Assembly: GCA_964452905.1 (NCBI GenBank)
Contig: CAYVNP010000013.1
Span: forward strand, 7,374-71,373
DNA from: an uncultured Bacteroidales bacterium
GTDB lineage: Bacteria; Bacteroidota; Bacteroidia; Bacteroidales; CAYVNP01
DNA length: 64,000 bases
Direction: 5' to 3'
The first letter of the stretch is position 1. Every line of letters begins with the position of its first letter. The notes under the pieces were generated by a model that was given only the letters and a program-made list of their open reading frames with translations, ran no database searches and was not told the origin of the DNA. Below, in pieces: positions 21,427-29,805 of this stretch. The position numbers and the translations under genes are program-made.

Positions 21427-24297
21427 TCAGTGGCGAAGAATTTTTTGCTTTGTATTGGCAGGTTGTTTGAACTTTTTCATATTATAGGTCAATGTAAATA
21501 AATAATACCGGTTAAGCACTTTGGTCTGATTGTCTTCAATGTATGTATCCGTTACGTTTCTTGTAATACTTTTATTTTGATTAAGTATATCAAACACACT
21601 GAACTTTAGCTCGAGAGATTGATTTTTAAGGAATTTATATCCAAGTGATCCATTCCAGAGTAAAAAATTCTGATTGAAATTTTGGGAGAGTCCAGCATAA
21701 TATGTTTGATTCACATTTGTATTTAAAACAAATCCTTTCCAGAAAATCCAGTTTAATTTTAATGTAGCAATGTGATAAAAATAATTCGTATTGGACTGTG
21801 TTTGTATAGAATTATCTACCATATTATAATTTGCCGTATAGGATAAATTAAAATCAATTTTCTCGTTGATATTGCTGCTGAGTCCTAATCCGCCTAACAT
21901 CGTGTAATTATTGGTCAGATTAATAATATGATTGATCAATGATGGTGTTTTGTTGTATGTAAATCCTCCATTCATATTCAGATTACATTTGATCAAACCA
22001 AATGGAATAGCATATGTAATTATACCTCTTGTATTCCAGCAATCATTAAGATTGACAGGTTGAGTTAATTGACTTCCTTTTTTTAAAACAATATTTTTAT
22101 TCCATATTGTATCTGCAGGAGCAATAAAAGTAGAATTACCAATGTAATTTTGAGCATAGTTGCCATAGAGAAAAATAAATAATCCGGTTGCTTTTTCACT
22201 TTTAGTTCTGCCATATCGAACGATGAGGGTATGTTCGTAATCCTGCTTTAGGTCTGGATTACCGGTGCTTAATAATAAAGGATTGGTATTGTTCACTACA
22301 TTTTGCAATTGAGATATTGAAGGAATATTCGTGGATGTACGATACATGAATCGTATGTTTGTTCCTTTGTCAAATTTATAGTTATACATTGCATTTGGCA
22401 ACAAATTATGATAGGATTCCCTGACATGAAAAGCAACTGGAAAAATTTCATTTCCCGAAAGGGTTGCATACTGATAATTGACCCCAATCATAAAATTATT
22501 TTTTTTACCATTTCTCCTATAACTAATACCTCCTCGGTTTGAGAAGTATGTATTTTGATATTTATTACTCAAAGCAGTATCCATGAGTAAATAATCTTGT
22601 TTAATCATATCAAAATTTTCTGTTTCCTTATCCGTTTTATTCTTTATAAAAGATGGATTATAATTGAATTGTATTTGATTGTTGCTGTCTATGGGTTCAG
22701 TGTAATTGATTCCTGAAGCAATCGTATACCCGTTATTATTCTGGGTGGAATGCTGGTCAATCAGGGTGGTATCATTTATATATTGATTTAATGAATATAA
22801 ACTGCCTTTCCCGTTTTTATCATTTGCATTTGTTTCAATATTCATTGAGAAAGTTCGACCGCGTTTTTTAAATTTATGTTGATACAAAATATTGTTTGAA
22901 AAAGTATATCCGAAATTATTAGACTTATTACTGTTTTCTGTTTTGTTTTCTAAACTATTTTCAGGAAAAATATTACTACCCCATACTGTTGCACTTGCAT
23001 TTTTTTGTTGAAAATTCAATTTAGGAGTGAATGTCAATTTATTCAATGAATCCAGTTCATATTCAAATCTAAAATTAATACGATGATTATAATTTCTACT
23101 ATCAGATTGATTATATTCATTGTAGATCAGTCCTTGATTTTTTAAAGTAAAATAGTTTCGTGTCAAAGATGTATAATTTGTATTTTCGGTATTATTAAAA
23201 AAATAACTACCTGTAACTTTCATTTTCTTTCCCCATTTATCGCTATAGTTTAATCCGATGGAATTGGTTGTGGAAACGCCTGCCTGTGTACCAATTAAAA
23301 AATTATTTGCCTGATTACTTCCAAATCCGCCACCGCCTCCACCACCGGAAAATCCGCCTCGTCCAGCAACTCCGCCTCCTCTTCCCTGTCCTCCCGCACT
23401 ATTTCCTGTTACACCAAGTAAATCCTGTGAACTGAAATTCTGTTGATTGATATTATTGCTAAGCCCGATTACTGAAATTCTTCGTTCCCCTTTAAATAAA
23501 TTAACATTCCCGCCTGCAATATAATGATCATCGGCTCCATACCCCGCATACACTTTCCCAAACTGCCCGTTATTCTTTCCGTTCTTTGTAATTATATTCA
23601 TTGTTTTAGTGGTTTGCCCATCGTCAAACCCGGTAAACTGGGACTGATCGCTCAGTTTATCAAATATTTGAATTTTATCAACCACTTCAGCAGGAAGATT
23701 TTTTAATGCCATGCTTGGGTCATCTCCAAAAAACGGTTTGCCATCCACTAAAACCTGTTTCACTTGTTCCCCATGTGCTTTCAAATTACCGCTGTTATCC
23801 GTTGTAATACCAGGCATTTTTGCAACTAAATCTTCAGTTGTTGCATCGGGATTCGTTTTATATGCATTTGAATTATATTGAATGGTGTCTCCTTTTTGTT
23901 CAACACGGATTTGCTCTCTTGCTATTGTTAGCTCCTTTAAGTTTGTGACTGAACGTTTCAACTTTATCAATCCGAAATTCTTTTCAAGTTTAACGTCATT
24001 CAGAATAAAGATTTCTGATTTTAAATCATCATAACCCACAAAAGAAATTTTAATAAAATAATTTCCAAAAGGAACTGAAGAAATCGTAAAACGACCTGTT
24101 TTATCAGTTATTACTCCTTTTACAATTGAAAAATCTTTTGCTTGGATGAGCGCTACTGAAGCGAATGTCATTGGTTCAGATGATTGAGCATCCTTAACAA
24201 AACCGAAAACTTTGCCAGAATTATTTTGTGCGGCAACTTTGAAAAATAATAAAAAAATAAATAAAATACAAGTACTTATTTTTCTTAATATAGTCAT
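21427..24297 (-). CDS. Outer-membrane beta-barrel protein with an N-terminal carboxypeptidase-regulatory-like domain (TonB-dependent-receptor-like)
   Basis: Signal peptide, then GKVFGFVKDAQSSEPMTFASVAL...GRFTISSVPFGNYFIKISFVGY (CarbopepD_reg-like), a plug-like segment, a Gly/Arg-rich linker, then about 600 aa of alternating beta-strand pattern. Confidence 0.8.
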   Translation of the reverse strand: MTILRKISTCILFIFLLFFKVAAQNNSGKVFGFVKDAQSSEPMTFASVALIQAKDFSIVKGVITDKTGRFTISSVPFGNYFIKISFVGYDDLKSEIFILNDVKLEKNFGLIKLKRSVTNLKELTIAREQIRVEQKGDTIQYNSNAYKTNPDATTEDLVAKMPGITTDNSGNLKAHGEQVKQVLVDGKPFFGDDPSMALKNLPAEVVDKIQIFDKLSDQSQFTGFDDGQTTKTMNIITKNGKNNGQFGKVYAGYGADDHYIAGGNVNLFKGERRISVIGLSNNINQQNFSSQDLLGVTGNSAGGQGRGGGVAGRGGFSGGGGGGGFGSNQANNFLIGTQAGVSTTNSIGLNYSDKWGKKMKVTGSYFFNNTENTNYTSLTRNYFTLKNQGLIYNEYNQSDSRNYNHRINFRFEYELDSLNKLTFTPKLNFQQKNASATVWGSNIFPENSLENKTENSNKSNNFGYTFSNNILYQHKFKKRGRTFSMNIETNANDKNGKGSLYSLNQYINDTTLIDQHSTQNNNGYTIASGINYTEPIDSNNQIQFNYNPSFIKNKTDKETENFDMIKQDYLLMDTALSNKYQNTYFSNRGGISYRRNGKKNNFMIGVNYQYATLSGNEIFPVAFHVRESYHNLLPNAMYNYKFDKGTNIRFMYRTSTNIPSISQLQNVVNNTNPLLLSTGNPDLKQDYEHTLIVRYGRTKSEKATGLFIFLYGNYAQNYIGNSTFIAPADTIWNKNIVLKKGSQLTQPVNLNDCWNTRGIITYAIPFGLIKCNLNMNGGFTYNKTPSLINHIINLTNNYTMLGGLGLSSNINEKIDFNLSYTANYNMVDNSIQTQSNTNYFYHIATLKLNWIFWKGFVLNTNVNQTYYAGLSQNFNQNFLLWNGSLGYKFLKNQSLELKFSVFDILNQNKSITRNVTDTYIEDNQTKVLNRYYLFTLTYNMKKFKQPANTKQKILRH

Positions 24298-24464
24298 AAA
24301 AATAAATTACTTAAAAGCGCATACGTTAATCTTTGACTAAACATATCCTAAAAAGTTTAATAGGAAACAAATAATTATTCAATTCTGTATTCTTTTGTAA
24401 AAAAGATTCAGAATAAATCGTCACAATTTCAACATGAAAAACCGAAATATTAGCAGGAACAAAA

Positions 24465-25217
24465 TTAATTTAATACACGATGTGACATCAGATCGTTAAA
24501 TTCATCTTTCTTCCTTCTCGAAATAATTACTTTAGAACCATCCTTCAGTTCAATATAATTATCATTGGTTATAAGTTTTTTTACAAAATTTAAATTAATA
24601 AGATATGATTTATGACATCGGAAGAAATCTTTATCGGTAAGCAATAATTCAAATTCCATGATATTTTTACTTACCACCATATTCTGTTTGTTGGTCATAT
24701 ATAGATGGGAATAACTTCCATCTGCAAGAATATAAATAATTTCATCAATATTGATATATTCCACTCCTTCTGAAGTAGATACTGAAATATTTTTTGATTG
24801 AGTTAACTTAATATTTTCAAGCAGTTTTTCTATGTTCGGATTAATTCCTTTTATGGTTGTTCTTTTATCTTCAACACGTTTAACCGCAATCATCAGTTCA
24901 TCAATATTAACAGGTTTGATGATATAATCTATTGCATTGTGTTTAATAGCTTTTAAAGCATAATGATCATGAGCTGTGATAAAAATTACTTCAAAGAATC
25001 TGTTCGGAATACATTCTAATAGATCAAATCCTGTTCCTTGTGGCATTTCAATATCAAGAAAAAGCAGATCCGGCTGATGCTCCAGAATAAGTTTGATCCC
25101 CTCTTTAAAAGAATTTGTTTTGGCAGTAACGTCTACTTTCGGGCAATACCTTTTTAATATCAGGTCGAGAGTATTAATGGCATCTATTTCGTCGTCAATG
25201 ATAATTGCTTTGATCAT
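24465..25217 (-). CDS. LytR/AlgR-family response regulator (REC + LytTR DNA-binding domain)
   Basis: MIKAIIIDDE...DLLFLDIEMP receiver and a C-terminal LytTR pattern (FFRCHKSYLINLNFV). Starts 5 nt after the kinase stop. Confidence 0.92.
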   Translation of the reverse strand: MIKAIIIDDEIDAINTLDLILKRYCPKVDVTAKTNSFKEGIKLILEHQPDLLFLDIEMPQGTGFDLLECIPNRFFEVIFITAHDHYALKAIKHNAIDYIIKPVNIDELMIAVKRVEDKRTTIKGINPNIEKLLENIKLTQSKNISVSTSEGVEYINIDEIIYILADGSYSHLYMTNKQNMVVSKNIMEFELLLTDKDFFRCHKSYLINLNFVKKLITNDNYIELKDGSKVIISRRKKDEFNDLMSHRVLN

Positions 25218-25221
25218 AATT

Positions 25222-27435
25222 CTATAAATTTATTATTGTTGGAATATTAAGTTCTACGAGTGTTCCAAGAGGATTATTGTATTCGTCTTTTAAATCAGTA
25301 TACGTAAATTTTAAATCTTTTTTATACAATTTATTTATTAGTTCCAATCGTGATTTAGTAATATTTATTCCCATCGAACGATGTTGTTGCTTTTTCTGTT
25401 TTTTAAGTTCCATCGCCTTTTCCCTACCAACACCGTTATCTTGTATCCGACAGCTGATTTTATCCTCAAGGTATCTGAGTTCAATCATTATTTTTCCTGA
25501 TTCCTCTTTCGGCATTAATCCATGCCAAATAGCATTTTCAATAAACGGTTGAATAATTAAAGAAGGTATCTTGTATAAGTTTGTATCTATTTTCTCATCA
25601 ATGATTATTTCATACTCAAACCGATTTTTAAACCGTAAAGTTTCCAATTCTAAATAAAGATTTAAACTTTCAATTTCATCTTTGATAGGAATGACAAGAT
25701 TTTGAGAATTATTCAACGTATTTCGCATTAAACTGGCAAACTTAGTAAGATAGCGGTTTGATGAAAGTATATCGTTTTGTAAAATATAATACTGAATGGA
25801 ATTCATTGCATTGAAAATAAAATGAGGATTCATCTGCCGACTTAGAGCTGAAATATTCGCTTTATTCAATTCCGATTGAAGTTGATTCCGTTTACGTATT
25901 TCCTGATTTCTGTAAAATAGATAAAAAGATAAAAACAGGACGAAAACAATAATAATTCCTATAGTAAAAAAATATCGTTGACGATTGATACTATTCTGCC
26001 GTTTATTCAATTCAAGTTCATCTAATATCTTCACTTTGTTTAAGGATTCAATCATGCGTTGTTTCTTTTCCGTTTGATATTTAGTCAGGATTTCATTGAT
26101 TTGCTTGTTGTTTTCCAGTTTAAATAATGAATCATAGATTGATTTAAAGAGTTTATAATTTGTAAAAGCTTCTTTATAAGAGCCCTGATTAGCATAAACT
26201 TCCGAGAGGAGCTCATAATTATTTTTGATCTGATCGACAAAATTTATTTTTAAAGCCAGGTTCAAACTTTTTTGAAGATAATGCACTGACTGATTATATT
26301 GGCGGAGATAATTATAGTTTGAACCTATCGCACTAAGGTTAAGGCATATCCCCGATTGATTATTGATCTGTTCATTGATCTTCAGTGCCTTCAGATAATA
26401 GTCAATGGAAAGAGAATTATTTTTTTTTGTTTCATAGGTATGACCTAAATTATGCAGAGAGGTAGCAATCCCTGGCAGATCATTGATTTTTTCACGGATA
26501 GAAAGAGCTTCATTAAAAACTCCAAGAGCTTTTTGCAATTCATTTTTTGCCAGATAAATATTGCCGATATTTGTAAGGGTATTGGCAATACCTGATTTAT
26601 TATTTATTTTTTTTTCTACATATAGGGACTTATGAAAATAATCCAGTGCGATATCATGTTGCAGCAAATTTTCATTGATTATACCTAAGTTCGTATAACA
26701 ACTGGCAATTCCTTTTTGAAAATTGATTTTTTCCGAGAGTTTCAATGCATCCTGATAACATAAAATAGCTTTGGTATATTTCCCCCAGTAAAGATAAATA
26801 TTACCGATCTGGTTTAAAGATATGGCCTGCCCTTTGGTGTCATTAGCCGTTTTTTTAATTTCAAGGGCTTCCTGATAATATTGTAACGATTTTTCATAAT
26901 TGCTGATGGCAGAATAAGCCAGTCCAATATTATTCAGTGTACGTGAAATATTTTTGGGGTTCCTGAATTTTTTAAAAATAAACAAGGCCTGTAAGTGAGA
27001 TTCGATTGCTTTTTCATATTCCCCCTTTTGATAATAAATCAACCCAAGATTTTCAAATGATAATCCTATCCCTAAAGTATCATTAATCCTTTTTCTGATA
27101 TTTAAAGATTTAGTAAAATTGAAAAGTGCTGAATCAATATTATTTTTCAGATAATATGATTTACCAAGATTATCGTAAGCCGCAGCCAACTCTTTTGAAA
27201 AGGATGTATGTTTTAAAAGGGTCAATACGGTTAAAGCATATTTTTTTGAAGAATCAGGTTGAATATTTAAATATTCTTCAGATATGTTATTAATTATAGT
27301 AATATATCTGACTCCTTTTGATTTTGATAATAAAACAGAAAGACTATCAATCTTGGGTTGCGAAAAAAGAACCCCGTTTATTAGATAAAACAAGATAAAC
27401 AATAAAAAATATCTGGGCATAAATGAATAATTCAT
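25222..27435 (-). CDS. TPR-repeat sensor histidine kinase (LytS-type His_kinase domain)
   Basis: Signal peptide, about 10 extracytoplasmic TPR units (repeated A...Y..AL.I...), a single TM (FFTIGIIIVFVLFLSFYLFY), then QMNPHFIFNAMNSIQ and the ATPase region IQPFIENAIWHG. Confidence 0.9.
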   Translation of the reverse strand: MNYSFMPRYFLLFILFYLINGVLFSQPKIDSLSVLLSKSKGVRYITIINNISEEYLNIQPDSSKKYALTVLTLLKHTSFSKELAAAYDNLGKSYYLKNNIDSALFNFTKSLNIRKRINDTLGIGLSFENLGLIYYQKGEYEKAIESHLQALFIFKKFRNPKNISRTLNNIGLAYSAISNYEKSLQYYQEALEIKKTANDTKGQAISLNQIGNIYLYWGKYTKAILCYQDALKLSEKINFQKGIASCYTNLGIINENLLQHDIALDYFHKSLYVEKKINNKSGIANTLTNIGNIYLAKNELQKALGVFNEALSIREKINDLPGIATSLHNLGHTYETKKNNSLSIDYYLKALKINEQINNQSGICLNLSAIGSNYNYLRQYNQSVHYLQKSLNLALKINFVDQIKNNYELLSEVYANQGSYKEAFTNYKLFKSIYDSLFKLENNKQINEILTKYQTEKKQRMIESLNKVKILDELELNKRQNSINRQRYFFTIGIIIVFVLFLSFYLFYRNQEIRKRNQLQSELNKANISALSRQMNPHFIFNAMNSIQYYILQNDILSSNRYLTKFASLMRNTLNNSQNLVIPIKDEIESLNLYLELETLRFKNRFEYEIIIDEKIDTNLYKIPSLIIQPFIENAIWHGLMPKEESGKIMIELRYLEDKISCRIQDNGVGREKAMELKKQKKQQHRSMGINITKSRLELINKLYKKDLKFTYTDLKDEYNNPLGTLVELNIPTIINL

Positions 27436-27544
27436 TTTTGTAAAGATATGAATTATAAATAAATAGCAAAACGTTTAATAATTGATTTTTTTCAAATTTG
27501 AAAAAAAAATTTATCTTTAAGGGACAATTTTGCCAATTTATATA

Positions 27545-27566
27545 TATATTTGTATAAATATATTTG
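27545..27566 (+). promoter_or_regulatory. Candidate Bacteroidota -7 promoter boxes (two TATATTTG copies 14 bp apart) upstream of the paralog array
   Basis: TATATTTG at 27545-27552 and 27559-27566 fits the TAnnTTTG consensus. They lie 38-52 nt upstream of the GTG at 27604. Confidence 0.35.
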
Positions 27567-27603
27567 AAAGAACCTATTCGTTTTTAATATTAAATATAGA
27601 AAA

Positions 27604-29805
27604 GTGAAGATTAAATTTATTTTTTTAAATATTTTGTTTTTTTCAATATGTGGTTTTTTATTCGCACAAAAATCAAACTGTCCTGCAATTTATCAGAAGC
27701 AGGATATTTGTGTGGTTACCGTTGATCAGATAATAAATAAAGCGGTTGTAGTGTGGGAAAAAACACGTGGACTTGGTATTAAATCTTTTTTAATCTATAA
27801 ATTGAGACATAATGGCTTGGATCAATGGGATGTAGCAGATACAATTCCTTTTAACAACCAGAGTATTTGGACGGATAAAAATTCCAATCCTGATTTATAT
27901 CCCGAATCATATAAAATTGCAGTGATGGATTCTTGTGGAAATATTTCCAACCTTAGCAGAGTTCACAGTTCCATCTATTTTCGTGCAGTTCGACAACCGC
28001 AAGGAATGCCTTATACTGAATTTCATTGGACAAATCCAATAGAGAACCCATACGATGATTTTTATAAATATGAACTATATGGTGGAGATACTATTTCAAA
28101 TTTAAAATTATTCAATTCTGGAAATTTAATAAGTGGTGGAGGTGATACAACATCACTTTCGGCTGACTGGGATCCTTCCTCACAATATAGATATTATTAT
28201 ATTATTTATATAAAAAGAGATTCATGTAATCCTGAAATTATTAAAAAAGGTGTGCCGGTATATGGCAAATCCATTTCAAACCTGGAAGATCTTGGAGCCC
28301 CTGAATGCAAAAATCCACCTTATATTTGGCAACAACAAATCTGTCTGACTACTGTTGATCATAAAACAAATAAGGTAGTGGTGGTTTGGGAAAAGATATT
28401 AAATGATGCGATTAAGTCTTTTTTAATATATAAATTAAGACACACAGGAACCAATCAATGGGATATTGTTGCTAACATCCCCTATAGGAGTGAAACTGTT
28501 TGGACAGATCCATATTCCAATCCCGATTTATATCCCGAGTCCTACAAAATAGCAACTATAGATACATGCGGTAATATTTCGAATCTAAGTATGGAAAACA
28601 AGTCAATCTATTTAACTGCAAAAACCATTCTTAATAATGATTCGGTTAATCAACTTAGTTGGAATTTTCCCAATTCATCAAGAGATGATGGTTTTTACTT
28701 GCCTCCCGATATTTATGGTGGAAGCACTAAAGAAACTATGAGATTATTTAGACAGGATGAGATTTCTATTATTTACGACTCTACATATAAAGTTCCTAAA
28801 TACCGTTACTATTATATTGCTTATAATGTAAAGGATACTTGTTTTCCATCCATATTTAAAAAAGGTGTTCCTGTTTATTCGCGTTCTGTTTCCAATTTAG
28901 AAGATTTAGGAGCATCATTTTGCTTCAGTATTCCATATGCCGATCAAAAAATCTGCATGGTAACAATAGATACTGTTTTGAATAAGAATGTTGTAGTATG
29001 GGATAAGCTCAAAAATAAAGGAATAGAATTCTTTTATATTTATAAATACAAATTGAATGGAGATTCAATCAAAGATGTAATAGTTATTTCTTCACATATG
29101 GCAGGTGTCTGGTTAGATTCCAGTTCAACACCGGATAAAGAGTCTGCAGATTATCGGATAGGGATTATTGATACGTGCGGTAATGTATCCAAGCCCAGTC
29201 CATATTCCTTCAGATCCGTTCATTTGTCAGTTGCAAAAGATAATAATGAAATTAACTTTCAATGGAATCACCCGATTGATGATCCCACATCAGAATTTAC
29301 CCGTTGTTTAATCTATGGAGGAAATGATTCATTGTATTTAACTCTACTATCAACGATAACTGATTTTAGTACAAAAAAAACATTTTTAACTTCTGATCCT
29401 TCTTCACATTATCTGTATTATCGAATTATTTATGAAAAAATTTCTATCTGTAATCCAACATTGAAAAAAGGGAATAGTAATTATTATTATCAAATCAAAT
29501 CCAATTTATTCAATACTGGAATGCTCGTAGGCATAGGAAAATATTCACTTCTGAATGAATCCATACTACTTTATCCAAACCCTGTTCGGGATTTGTTATC
29601 TGTGATGATTAAGAATCAATCAGAGAATACCGTAGAAATCGAATTAAAAGATGTACTTGGCAATACATTGTTAAAACAGGAATGGAATATTACATCTAAC
29701 AAACAAACCTTCAATTTAAATCTGTCCGGTTTATCCAGAGGTTTTTATTTTATAAAACTGAATAATGGTAATACGTCCATAATTCAAAAGATTATATTAA
29801 ATTAA
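27604..29805 (+). CDS. T9SS type-A-sorted modular surface protein, 3 modules (paralog 1)
   Basis: GTG start, signal peptide, three modules of about 205 aa starting at Cys26, Cys235 and Cys440. Each module reads C..(I)YQ.Q.IC.VTVD...NK.VVVWEK...GI.SF.IYK...W.D..SNPD...YKIA..D.CGN.S. C-terminal LYPNPVRDLLSV...GFYFIKL..IQKIILN is a Por-secretion-tail-type CTD. Confidence 0.85.
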   Translation: MKIKFIFLNILFFSICGFLFAQKSNCPAIYQKQDICVVTVDQIINKAVVVWEKTRGLGIKSFLIYKLRHNGLDQWDVADTIPFNNQSIWTDKNSNPDLYPESYKIAVMDSCGNISNLSRVHSSIYFRAVRQPQGMPYTEFHWTNPIENPYDDFYKYELYGGDTISNLKLFNSGNLISGGGDTTSLSADWDPSSQYRYYYIIYIKRDSCNPEIIKKGVPVYGKSISNLEDLGAPECKNPPYIWQQQICLTTVDHKTNKVVVVWEKILNDAIKSFLIYKLRHTGTNQWDIVANIPYRSETVWTDPYSNPDLYPESYKIATIDTCGNISNLSMENKSIYLTAKTILNNDSVNQLSWNFPNSSRDDGFYLPPDIYGGSTKETMRLFRQDEISIIYDSTYKVPKYRYYYIAYNVKDTCFPSIFKKGVPVYSRSVSNLEDLGASFCFSIPYADQKICMVTIDTVLNKNVVVWDKLKNKGIEFFYIYKYKLNGDSIKDVIVISSHMAGVWLDSSSTPDKESADYRIGIIDTCGNVSKPSPYSFRSVHLSVAKDNNEINFQWNHPIDDPTSEFTRCLIYGGNDSLYLTLLSTITDFSTKKTFLTSDPSSHYLYYRIIYEKISICNPTLKKGNSNYYYQIKSNLFNTGMLVGIGKYSLLNESILLYPNPVRDLLSVMIKNQSENTVEIELKDVLGNTLLKQEWNITSNKQTFNLNLSGLSRGFYFIKLNNGNTSIIQKIILN

